Positions 1 to 12,400 of a stretch of 64,000 nucleotides of DNA are shown piece by piece. A program made the translations under genes and the position numbers. Numbering within the stretch: the first letter of the stretch is position 1; every line of letters starts with the position of its first letter. The notes beneath the pieces were generated by a model. The model worked only from the letters and a program-made list of their open reading frames with translations. It ran no database searches and was not told the origin of the DNA. This stretch comes from Macrostomum lignano. Lineage: Eukaryota. The stretch spans positions 35,245 through 99,244 of the forward strand of contig NIVC01003413.1 in the NCBI GenBank assembly GCA_002269645.1, given 5' to 3'.

Positions 1-3000
1 AGCTCGCCCCTGACGCTGCCGATCCGACGTCCGTCGCTGCTGAAGACGTCGAGGTCGTCCGAGCTTTCGTTGCGGATCACCGACACGGCCAGCCCGTTGA
101 GGCCGGACTTCAGCGCGACGCCGACGAAGGCCGTAGCAGCTCCACCGGTGACTGGCGCGGTGCGCGCTTGCAGCCGCAGCGTCGGTGAGTTCGGCCACCG
201 CTCGCTGGTGAGCAGGTGGTACTCGCAGTGACCGTTGAATGTGTAGCTGCGGTTCGAGAGCGTGCTCAGGTGGGGGTCGCCTCGGTTGAAGCCTGGGGAT
301 CGGAGGTTGGTTGTTTGATTTGATGCTTAGTTGCTCAGGCTTTGGTTTGATGCTTAGTTGCTTAGGTTTTGGTTTGATGCTTAGTTGCTCAGGTTTTGGT
401 TTGATGCTTAGTTGCTCAGGTTTTGGTTTGATGCTTAGTTGCTCAGGTTTTGGTTTGATGCTTAGTTGGTTAGGTTTTGGTTTGATGCTTAGTTGCTCAG
501 GTTTTGTTTTGATGCTTAGTTGCTCAGGTTTTGTTTTGATGCTTAGTTGCTCAGGTTTTTTGTTTCGGTGCTTGTAAGATACCTAAAGCTGATTAGCTGC
601 CAAAAGCTGCCATGAGTGAATAAATAAATGAATGGCTCAAAATATATGTAGTCAAGCAAAGCAGTTACCTCCAGCAGGTTGCTGGTAATCCTGGCTGGTG
701 CACACGGGTCTGACGGTAGAATAAGCGGACATCATATTGGCCGCTGAGCAGATTTTTTGGCCATGCAACTCATTTTGATACTGCTTAGACCAGAGGCTAA
801 ATCGAACACTATCAGTCCTGCCTTGCCGAAAGAAGTACATTGCGTGTCCTGTACCGTCTGAGCTGGTGCTGATGAGGTGGCCAGCTGCAAATGATTGTTT
901 TTTTAATCAATTGAGAAATACGAAATATATAATTACCTCTTCATTGCTTAGGTTGTGACTCACTGGCTGAAATGTTGAACATGATCCGTCGCAAGGCAGC
1001 TCTCACTTTCCAAAGGGCATCACTTCTACGGCACAGCTGACTGATTTCGCTGCCAGCAGCTGCCAACGACATTTTGTAGCAGCACCTGGACGACACCAAT
1101 TGACTGCACTTGTGGAGCTGGCAGGCCCAAGTTTTGTAGGGTCTACAACTGTACCATGCACAACCCCTAAGTGTGGTCGAGTAGTACCAACAAAGTCTGT
1201 ATTTCCTTTCTGCACACTTGAAGCTGCTGTTGCGAAAGCACATCCGGATGCTGTCACTGGAGCACTCAAACTCGTACGGACTGTACCGCTTGTCAAGGAC
1301 TGCTGTGCGAAAATCGAAGGGACAGTCGGAGCAGCCTGGAAAGGCAGAGCTGCTCTGGTTGGCTCTGGCGGCTGCGATCCAATTGCTGCACTTTAACGAG
1401 TCGCTTGTCTGTTGATACCAGCTGCTAAGCTGCAGCACGTGACGCCCGGGTCTTCCCGAACTTCCGGGACTTAGGTTGGGCAGCTCGGGCCAGTCTGGGC
1501 GCAGGCTGAATGGCAGCTGATTTTTAAAGAAAGCAATATCCGTGAATCCCGAGAATGCCATCAGGTTCAACGTTGGATGGCTCCAGTTGAGAATTCTCGG
1601 CACAGGCAGGTGGAAGTCGCCGTAGTTGAAAATGGCGTATGAGTGAGTCTCGTTGCGCGTTACAACTGCTTGGAACTCGATGCTCTGAAATTGCATGCAG
1701 TAAGCAATTGCGCTTGATTGAGAAAGAGCTGAAAAGCTTGATTTTGCGGTCAGCTCTCAAAAGACGAAAAAAGTGTAAATCTGTTACTTTTTGCTTCGTT
1801 TAGACTGCTTTGCACGTTAGCTTTCCTTTTAATTGCCAAATACTGCCCATTATGAGCGTTTAAGTTTGGGCTTCTAAGCAAGCAGTGTAAATTCGTGATG
1901 TTTTTTCGTTCGGACTGCGTTGTGTTATAGCTTTATCAATTATCTTCGCACTCGCAAGCATGGGCAGATCTAGTTACGAAAGAAATGCAGGCTTGACACG
2001 CTTCGCTTCGACTTTGGCTTCGCTATGAAATAACTATTGAAGCTGAATCTTTGGGATCTTATCAGTGACAGAAAATTCTAAAGTAGATGTACAGCTGTGC
2101 AAGAATATTTTGCGTCCATTGATACAGGTTTAGTAGCTGAGCTGCAAGAATCCTAGCAGATGCGCTACAAACTCTTAAATGCCGTTTCAGCCTAAGCTAC
2201 TAACTACGATATTTTCTTGGTCATTGCCAAAAAACGGAAGTGCAAAATATTTCTCTGGGAATGAGCTCTGTCACTCCGGAGAGATTTCCCCACTTACAGC
2301 ATTTGCCTTGGCTCGAGAACACAGGCCCAGGCAGAGGTCGAGCCAGCCGTTTTTCTCGTCCCAAGCTTGCCTAGAAGTGCAGTTCGAGACGCAGTCGAAT
2401 CGGTTCCCATAAGGCAGTGACGGCGTCAGAATGCGCCAAGTCACGATGAGCGCCGTCAGAGGGTTGAACTTGGACCGAATCTCCTGCTCTATGATCTGCT
2501 TGACCGCGCGCCAGTTCGAGCTAGAGCTATGGTTCCTCGAATTCAGCAGCTCGAAGGAAACCTTCGGAGTCCAATATCTTCGGTAGTAGTTGGTGGCAGG
2601 CTTAACGAACCAGTAAGGCGCCACGATGGCTCCAGTAAAGTTGATCTTCGCCGAGGTGGAGTTGTATGGTAAATACGTCAGGCGATAACCAGAGAAATTG
2701 ATTGCTCCGTATTGGCTAACCTAGGGTGTTGAGAGTATTTTTTCACATTAGGTAGACATAAAGAGATAAAAACACATCAAAGAAGTTGATTAAAGCTGCG
2801 AATTCCCGCCAGCTCAGTAGAAAAAATGTCAACTCGAAGTTACAGTTAAACTCTGTATGCAAAGTAAGATGTTGCGAAGCAGGACTCACTCGACAAGACA
2901 AGCTTTCCTGACTGCCAATCAGAAATGGAATGCTTTGTGTTGCGTTAACAGTGTGATTTAGCCGGATACGGGTGTACCAGCTGATTCGGTAGTACCGGAT

Positions 3001-3455
3001 ACGGGTTGCATTTACTGTCGATAGGAGCATTTGAGCTGAAAAATGCATCCGGGATTGAGAAAACTCGAGTGACTTTAGCCAAATATAATTACAAATATAT
3101 CACGTCAACTCACGATAACAGACAGTCCCGTTGCCATAGTAACCCGGCTTGCAAATGCAATCAAATGAGCCAATCAGGTTGATGCAGTCGGCATGAGCAC
3201 TGCATTTGGAGCTACTGAGACACTCGTCAACGTCTTTAATTGGGTTCAGTTGATTGCCGATCAAATACAAGCACAAGTTTAGTTATAATAAGCCGAATTT
3301 ATTAAAAGTTAGTAAAGTCGAAAGTTTTCACTTACCGGTGCAATTATCAGTTCCGTTGCCTTGAAACCCATCGAAGCAGGTGCAGTTGTACGACCCCGGC
3401 GTGTCGGTGCAAGTTGCGTAGAGACCGCAGGGCTTCGAATCGCATTTTCTCACGT
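1..3455 (-). CDS. Module 5 exons (VWD exon truncated by window edge)
   Basis: Exons 3336-3455, 3114-3233, 2890-3035, 2298-2720, 964-1684, 669-884, 1-292. Confidence 0.85.
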
Positions 3456-6400
3456 CTGCAATGGTAGCATCAGCCGGATAAAGAAATAAAAAAAAACGGG
3501 TGATCAATGGAATCTACAGAGCATGCTGTAGTCGGCTTGTTAGTGCTCGTGCACTGCTGAGGGGATTGTTTGTTATCGCGTGCACATTGGGGTGAGCGTA
3601 CCCACCACACCGTTTTAGTTGAAACTCAAAATATAATGGGATGCGCAGTGAGGATGGACTCACATTTTTTTGGTTACTCAGTCTCAAGACCACGCTCTTA
3701 CACTTGTGGCAGCGATTTCAAAATGGCCAAACAAGAAAAAAATAGTTTACTGCCTCCAAAATTTAGAGGCAATTGCAATGTTAGAATGTCTCTTAGCACT
3801 TTTAATGACCTCGCCGATGACTGCGAATGGGACGATAAGAAGACGGCAAGGAAGCTGAAACTGCTGTTGACAGGCGAAGCGCATAATCTTCGTCTGGGAG
3901 CAGCCGGCGGATGTGGCAGCCAGCTACGAGCAGCTGAAGCAAAAGTTTATCGAGTGCTTCGGCAACAGCCTGAGCTGCTACAAGGCAATAGAGGAGTTGA
4001 AGAGCGAAAGCGGCAGCCAAACTCGCCTACAACCTCGCCTACTCGCCTGAGGGAGCTCGCCTACAACCTGAAGCTTCTCCACCTTCGAGCTCGCCCGAAC
4101 GACTCCGTAGGAGCTTGAAAAAAAGGATGTTCAGTTTCGCCTGATGCGCTTACCCCCATCGGCCGTGAGAGATGCGCTGCTAAAGGACAAGGACTCTGCC
4201 TCGTACTCGCTGGCATCGTCGACCGAGCTGCGCGACTTGAGCTGGAATCTGGCAAGATAGGCCACGCGACTCCGGTTGAAGCAGCTGCCGTGGCAGTCAG
4301 AGGATAAGCCCGCTCGAGCAGCAGATGCAGCAGCTGACAGCCAGTATCCAAGGAGGCTCATCCCATATTAACAGGCGTCAAGGTTGGCATCAAGTGCCAC
4401 AGCTGCTGCAAGCCAGGTCACATCGCCAGGTGGTGCCCGAAGGCTATCAGCTGTCGTTGCAGCCGGTGCTCAGGCAAGGGCCACACTGCAGCGGTGTGCC
4501 CGACTCCAGCTGGCAAGCCGCAGGGAAACTTCTGAGGGTCGGCAGCCTTGAGTCAACACCGACCCGCTCTAATGGGGCCCTTGGCGTCGCGCCCTCGGTC
4601 CTCGCGAAGGTGCGTCTCGGCAGTTTGTCAGCGCCGGCTCTGCTAGACACTGGCGCTCAAGTTTCTTTGAAGGATAAGTCCTTGTTCGACAGACTGGCCC
4701 GCCAAATCGACTCCACTAGTGTTGATGCCTTGCCGACAGCGGTTGAAGGTTCGAGGCTGCCCTGCTTCGGCCTTTCGGCAGTGGAAGTAGCAATCGGCAA
4801 GATCATCCCACTGCGTCATCGCTTCACTATAGTGGACGGCACCCAGCCTAGCCTGATCATCGGCATGGATCTCATCGACCAGATGTCAGAGGCGATGACC
4901 GTTGGCTTGAAAGAGGGTATCGTCAAGTTCGATGACACCACGGTGGCTCGGGAGGCGTAAACCACGGAGCTGCCCTCACGCAGCGAGAAGCTGGTGCGGC
5001 TTAAGGTGGATTCCACTGGCGAGCAAGGGCCATTCGAGCCGTCTGACAACTTCGTCAAGTCGACCGCCACCCTGCCTGCTCGCGTGCTGGTGGTCTCGGA
5101 CGAGTGTCGCATACCGGTTAAAATGTACATCATCGTCTTCAGTAGGACCCTCGACAAGCATCTGGTGAGACTGGAGCGCGTTTTTCAACAGCTGCGAGAT
5201 GCGGGTCTCAAACTGCACAAGGCCAACAGCGTTTCCGGCCATCGCTGGGTGCTGTACCTGGAACACCTGATCAGCTAGCAGGGTATTGCACCGGACCCCA
5301 GCAAGGTTGAGGTCATTCACATCATGCCTAGTCCAAAGTCCGTCGAAGAGGTGAAGCGGTACTTAAGCATGCTAGGATTCTACCGCCGTTTCATCGAAAG
5401 ATTCATCCAGAAGGCGAGAGTCCTGCACGAGGTAGGTGTGAAATCGAGAGACTTCGCGTGAACCAGCGACTGCGAGCGAGCTTTCAAAGAGCTTAAGGAC
5501 CAGCTGACGAATGCTCCGGTTCTGAGACAAAGCAGTTTTTGTTACTCACACACTTTTTTGGTGACTCAGTTTTAAGACAACGCTCCGAACCACATAAAAA
5601 CATCAGAACTACAAAATAACACACATCGGACCCACAAGAAAACACACATCAATTCCAAAAGAAAACACAACAGGTGTTAGCAGACACAGAAGAACACGAG
5701 TGAAAAGTTTACAAAAAAATCAGGTTTTTGAAACACCTGAAATCCGTTAATTTACTCAGCAACTGCTCACCCTGCGGCTCCTGGCAGCCAGATGTCAGGC
5801 AGATTTTCACTGAATGCTCGCACTGGGGCCCCGTGAATCCCAGATCGCACTTGCACTCTTCACGGTGATAGTAAGCTGCAATGGTGACGAGTGGGTGAGT
5901 GAGTGAGTGAGTAAGTCAGTCAGTCAGTCAGTCAGTCAGTCAGTCAGTCAGTCAGTCATTCAGTGAGTCAGTCAGTCAGTTAGTCAGTCAGTCAGTCAGT
6001 TAGTCAGTCAGTCAGTCAGTTAGTCAGTCAGTTAGTCAGTCAGTCACCCACTCACTCAAGTCAGTCAGTCAGTCAGTCAGTCAGTCACCCACTCACTCAA
6101 GTCAGTCAGTCAGTCACCTACTCACTCAAGTCAGTCAGTCAGTCAGTCAGTCAGTCAGTCAGTCAGTCAGTCAGTCATTCAGTGAGTCAGTCAGTCAGTT
6201 AGTCAGTCAGTCAGTCAGTTAGTCAGTCAGTTAGTCAGTAAGTCACCCACTCACTCAAGTCAGTCAGTCAGTCAGTCAGTCACCCACTCACTCAAGTCAG
6301 TCAGTCAGTCACCTACTCACTCAAGTCAGTCAGTCAGTCAGTCAGTCAGTCAGTCAGTCAGTCAGTCAGTCAGTCAGTCAGTCAGTCAGTCAGTCAGTCA

Positions 6401-9400
6401 GTCAGTCATTCAGTGAGTCAGTCAGTCAGTCACCCACTCACTCAAGTCAGTCAGTCAGTCACCTACTCACTCAAGTCAGTCAGTCAGTCAGTCAGTCACC
6501 CACTCACTCAAGTCAGTCAGTCAGTCACCTACTCACTCAAGTCAGTCAGTTAGTCAGTCAGTCACCCACTCACTCAAGTCAGTCAGTCAGTCAGTCAGTC
6601 ACCCACTCACTCAAGTCAGTCAGTCAGTCACCTACTCACTCAAGTCAGTCAGTCAGTCAGTCAGTCAGTCAGTCAGTCAGTCAGTCAGTCAGTCAGTCAG
6701 TCAGTCAGTCAGTCAGTCAGTCACCCACTCACTCAAATCAGTCAGTCAGTCACCCACTCACTCAAGTCAGTCAGTCAGTCAGTCAGTCAGTCAGTCAGTC
6801 AGTCAGTCAGTCAGTCAGTCAGTCAGTTAGTCAGTCAGTCAGTCAGTCAGTCAGTCAGTCAGTCAGTCAGTCAGTCACCCACTCACTCAAATCAGTCAGT
6901 CAGTCAGTCAGTCAGTCAGTCAGTCAGTCAGTCAGTCAGTCAGTCAGTCAGTCAGTCAGTCAGTCAGTCAGTCAGTCAGTCAGTCAGTCAGTCAGTCAGT
7001 CAGTCAGTCAGTCAGTCAGTCAGTCAGTCAGTCAGTCAGTCAGTCAGTCAGTCAGTCAGTCAGTCAGTCAGTCAGTCAGTCAGTCAGTCAGTCAGTCAGT
7101 CAGTCAGTCAGTCAGTCAGTCAGTCAGTCAGTCAGTCAGTCAGTCAGTCAGTCAGTCAGTCAGTCAGTCAGTCAGTCAGTCAGTCAGTCAGTCAGTCAGT
7201 CAGTCAGTCAGTCAGTCAGTCAGTCAGTCAGTCAGTCAGTCAGTCAGTCAGTCAGTCAGTCAGTCAGTCAGTCAGTCAGTCAGTCAGTCAGTCAGTCAGT
7301 CAGTCAGTCACCCACTCACTCAAATCAGTCAGTCAGTCACCCACTCACTCAAGTCAGTCAGTCAGTCAGTCAGTCAGTCAGTCAGTCAGTCACCAACTCA
7401 CTCAAGTCAGTCAGTCAGTCAGTCAGTCAGTCAGTCAGTCAGTCACCAACTCACTCAAGTCAGTCAGTCAGTCACCCACTCACTCAAGTCAGTCAGTCAG
7501 TCAGTCAGTCAGTCAGTCAGTTAGTCAGTCAGTCAGTCAGTCAGTCAGTCAGTCAGTCAGTCAGTCAGTCAGTCACCAACTCACTCAAGTCAGTCAGTCA
7601 GTCACCCACTCACTCAAGTCAGTCAGTCAGTCAGTCAGTCAGTCAGTCAGTCAGTCAGTCAGTCAGTCAATCAGTCAGTCAGTCAGTCAGTCAGTCAGTC
7701 AGTCAGTCAGTCAGCTACTCACCCGTTTCGTCAGCCATGCCGCAGTCAGGGCAGCAGCGGCCCCTGCTCCCGCAGTCGCACACCACAATCCTGGGAGTCC
7801 ACACCGTGACGGCTCCGACCTCGTCCACCGCCGCCAGCTGCAGTTTGATGTCGCCTCGCCAGTTGTCGACGGGCTGCCACACGAGCTGCCAGCTGCCGCT
7901 GGCTCCAGCCTCCAGCTTCGCGGTCCCCCCGACGGCCTCCAGCACGGTGACATTCGGTGAGGCGCCGTCGGGATCCGTGACGGAGAAGGTGACATTGACG
8001 CTATTGTTGCCGCTCACTCGCAGCTGGGTCGGGGCGCTCACGAACTGCGGTGGTCGGTTGGCCAGGACGACCCGGGTTCGAGTCTCGTCTCGAATGGCGA
8101 CGGCCGCGTCTTGAGCGGCTGCGACCGAGCGAAGCTGAGCGGCGTCGAACATGCAGGTGAGGTAGGAGGAGCCGGAGCTGCGGCACACCTGCCAGGGTAC
8201 AGCAGGGGGTCGATGCACGATTTTTTACGGACTGTTCAATAAGTTTTTGTGAGTGATTTTCCTGATTGTAAAAATCCGGTAGTGAGGCGCTAGAAACAAC
8301 TTTTGAAATAAAGAAGTGGGTCGAGAATGGTTCTCAATGGAGCTAACCTTTTCATTTATTCTGCAATTCATTGGAGTCATGTCACGGCGAACTAGATTTC
8401 AGTACTATTTTTACCAGATTTTTATTTCGCTAGAAAAATGAGATCGTGACGCCTTTGCACGAATCTTTTCGGAAGCTATCAGGAATCTTCTCAGGTCAGC
8501 CAACCCCAATAATCCACATTAGGTCCCATGTGTTGCATTATGAGCCTTTTAGCTCGTAGATAAGGCAATCCCTTGTAGCAACTTTTCTTTCTATGGACCA
8601 AATATATATGACAGGCATTAAGCCCCGTGCCCACCGGGGACAAACCTCATTATCGTTCAAATGGCATGAGCCACAACATGGCTTCGAAAGCGGCGGAATA
8701 AGAAGCCCGAATTTAAAACGAAGTGGGCAGAAGACAAAACATTCTGTTGCAATGGCGCCCAAGATACACCTGCGGAACGCGCCACAGTTCGACAGTGAAA
8801 GCCAGATGACTTTATTCCCACAGTGGAAGCTTATGTGGGAGAATTTCAAGGAACTGTCTGGATAAAACGAAATTCAAGATGACGTAAAGAAAAATAAATA
8901 TAGCCTCTTCGCACTGCGCGCATGTCTAAACATCATCGCCAGCATGCACCATCGCCTTAACCGGACTGCTGTCCACAATTACGGGCTGGCGAATGTGGGA
9001 CGAGGACTTGCTCTCGGAACACCGTTTTATCCGCTTTTGCATTGAGCCGACCAAGCAAAAGCCTAAGGTCGCTTGGAGTCGGAACGTCAAGAAAACCGAT
9101 TGGGCCGTCTTTAGCTCGTAGCTGAGCCACGGCCTTCGGGATCTTGACCTCCCCAGTAACCTTTCTGACTGCCGGGTTGTGGATGATCTCGCCTGCTCCC
9201 TGGGTGGGGCGATCACCACTGCCTATGAGGCAGCCTGCTTTCTAAAGGCCTGCAAAGCTCTAAAGGCCTACAAAGGCAAGAAATCTGCTCCCTGGTGGAA
9301 CCCAGAACCCTGGAAAGAGCGACTACCAATCTTTGAAGGCCTTCAGCCCCATCAGCCTCACCTCTTGCTGCCTTGAGCTCCTCGAAAAACTGGTACTTTG

Positions 9401-12400
9401 GCGCCTACTTTCAAACGAGCTGAAGCGCTTCCCACTCTCGCCGAACTTGCCGAGTCATTGTTGACTTCCTGGAGAGGGCCGTTCTTGGCAGCGGCTTTGC
9501 CCTCTCGCTTTTTCTGGACATTGAGTGGGCCATCAACAATGTTATCTTTGAGACCTTTTGCAGAGCCCTGAAATCCAGGGCCACGCACCCTCACCTTGTC
9601 CGGTGGATCATGTTCATGATCTGGAACCGCACTGTCGTGGCCCACCTAAATGGCAGCTCTCTTACGGCGCCTGTCCAGAAAGGGGGTCCCAAGGGCGGGG
9701 TCACCCGATGATGTGACCGCAATATGCGCGGGCCCCTCGGTTTATAGCATCAGAGATCTTCTGCAGGACATTCTGGGACAAGCGGAGCGTTGGCCAAACC
9801 AATTTGGCCTTAGACTCTCAGATTCGAAAACCACAGCGGTCATGTTTACCAACAAACTGCTCTGGAATATTAAGCCCCTCACTCTCTATGGAAAGGATAT
9901 TTCCATGGAGAAGCAGGGGGGCAGGGGGAACCTGGGGGCTCGCCCCCAGAGAGCTGCTGTGGATTTACACTTCCATTATCCGCCCCTCAATCAGTTACGC
10001 CAGCCTCGTGTGGGCCAGCGGCCTGAGCGTCAAGAGCAACCTCGATGCTCTTTACAAAATCCAGGGCAGAGCCTGCCGCATGACCATGGGCGCTCCACCC
10101 TCTACTCCTTTTAAAGGCATGAATTTCTTCCTCTATGCTCCTCTTCTGGATATTTATATCAAATGAGAGGCGACGAAGAGCAACCAGCGTCTTCTGGATG
10201 CTGGGGTGGCCTTCAAGAAAGTTCGGGCCTTTAAGAAGCGATCGCTTATCCCACACTCTGATCTCTGCCTCAAGGCTCTCAAGGAGTTTGGTAGGCTCAA
10301 CATCCTCACGGACTGGATCCCAGCTACCCTTTGCCTGAGGCAAAGGTATAAGGTCACTATTCAGCCTCGGCACGAGGCGAGTTACAGCTGGAGCGATTCT
10401 GAAGTCCAGTGTTACACTGACGGCTCTATGCGGCATGGTCTCTCAGGCTTAGGAGCTTGCGGCTTATTCAAGGGAGAAGTGGTGTGGAGCTCTCCCAGCA
10501 CACTGGGCTCAACTCCAGTGTTTTTCAGAGCGAGGTGCTTGCCATCAGCTCCTGCGCGGCAGAGCTGCGCCGAAGGCAGCTTAGCGGTAGGAAATTTATT
10601 TTTCACTCTGACAGCCAAGCAGCCCTTCAGGCCCTCTGCCGCAGCACCACCAGCTCCAGATCTGTACTGGATTGCAACGCCCAGCTCAAAAGGCTTGCGC
10701 AAGGCAACCAGGTAGAGCTCAGCAGAATCCCGGGCAACGCTAGTTTCCGAGGTCAACGAGGGCGCTGACCTGATGGCCAAGGCTGGCTCCGCCGGCGTGC
10801 TGCTGGGGCCGGGCCCGGGGGCCCCCATCCCCGCCTCGGCGATCAACTCCCGCGTTAAGCGCTGGACTGATTCCAAGCATCTCCGTAGGTAGCACGACAC
10901 CCGGAATTGTAGGCAATCCCGTGCTGCCGTCCCCTGCCCCTCTCCTCTCCTCCTCAGGCTCAACTGCAGAGACCTCAGAGCAGTAAACATGGCCCTCTAC
11001 GGGCATGCCTGCTTCTCTCGCCACCGCTTCCTTCAAGGCTAAGTACCCGAGGAGCGGTGCCCCTTCTACCGCTCATGCAGTGAAAACGCCGAGCACTTTA
11101 TCTGTCAATGCCCGGTTTTCATCAGGGCGAGGCGCACTCAGGCCCGAGTTTGCAGGCCCGAGAGCATCCCGCTGCTCGCCCGGTACCTCAGGGACACGGG
11201 ACGAGCTGATTTCTTCCCCACCGTCAGTGAGGAGGACCGCGCTGCAGGCGAGACCGACGGCTCCCCCTGAGCGACATCACTTCAACGAAAGTCATTGGTC
11301 GTCAGGGGCTAGCGAAATGGACGGTCTCGTCCGCCCCCTCGCTGCATCCGCCGGACGCCCCCTGCGGCTAAGTCAAGTAAGTCAAGTCAAGCCTCGAACC
11401 CATGGGGGCAAACCCCATTGTTCTTCACATGGCATAAGCAACAACAACATGTACCTTTAAAATTGTCATTGCTTTCGCATATCATTGGCTCATCCAGGCG
11501 CGTTGCCACCGCAGGGAACAGGGGGCACATGTCCCCCCAAGTAAAATCTATGGGGGGACATGCCAATGCTTTGTCCCCCCACCAAACTTTTTGACCCGTT
11601 GTGGTAATTAATAACTTTTTCAGGGCGCCAAAGTATAGCGCCTTCGGCGCCAAACTGAGTTTCTGCGTCGCTAAAAGGAATGCCTGCGGCGATAAAATAA
11701 GTGCCTGCGGCGCAAAATGAGCGCTGACAACAGGGTTCGCAAAAAATGGAAATATAGGAATTTAGTCTTGTACATGTTGAATTCCTGGCTTTGTCCCCCA
11801 CCATAAAATCTATGGCGACGCCCCTGGGCTCATCCTGACTTCCACCCGTCATGGCTACTCACCTCTTCCGAAGCGTTCTTGAGCTCCGCGTTCCCGCCGA
11901 AAAGCGCCAGCATGTTGTCTTTAAAGTCCTCGGCAAAGGCCGGCACGAAGCTGAGATTGCAGAAGTCAGCTCGGCCCTTGCCAGCCGGGTAGTGCAGGTA
12001 GCTCGGCTCTGAGCTGTTGAGTCTCCAGCTGTTCCCGAACTCAAACAGCTGCCTCTCGGAGCTGCCAGCTTGCAGGACGCTGCCGTTTCTCAGTCTGAAT
12101 CCGCTCGCGTTGCTGTTGCCTAGCAACCCGTTCAGTCCGCTCGGGTATTTTCCTGCCAAGTCCAGTTGAACGCCGATTCTAAGCGAGCTCGTCTCCATGG
12201 TAACGGTGACGCTGACGCCGACAGACTCGTCGAAAATCTCGATGCTGCTGTTGTCAGGGACTTCCAGCCGGTAGCTGTCCAGTCTGGTCGCGTTGCTCAG
12301 CGCCGCCAGCTCACCCCTGACGCTACCGATCCGACGTCCGTCGCTGCTGAAGACGTCGAGGTCGTCGGAGCTTTCGTTGCGGATCACCGACACGGCCAGA

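Noticed and set aside
317-565. CRISPR-like appearance of short repeats (also 56576-57070, 49800-50035)
   Set aside because: Units are head-to-tail with no unique spacers, no cas genes, and the context is eukaryotic
311-577. 88-aa ORF (LMLSCSGFG repeats)
   Set aside because: Translation of a 27-bp intronic minisatellite, antisense to the real gene
941-1696. Stand-alone ORF calls for module exons (MQFQSIEF..., MAPYWF..., MHFSAQ...)
   Set aside because: Their starts and stops lie in introns; splice sites define them as internal exons
8538-8865. ORFs at 8538-8849 and 8593-8865
   Set aside because: No recognisable motifs; intronic sequence next to a decayed LINE
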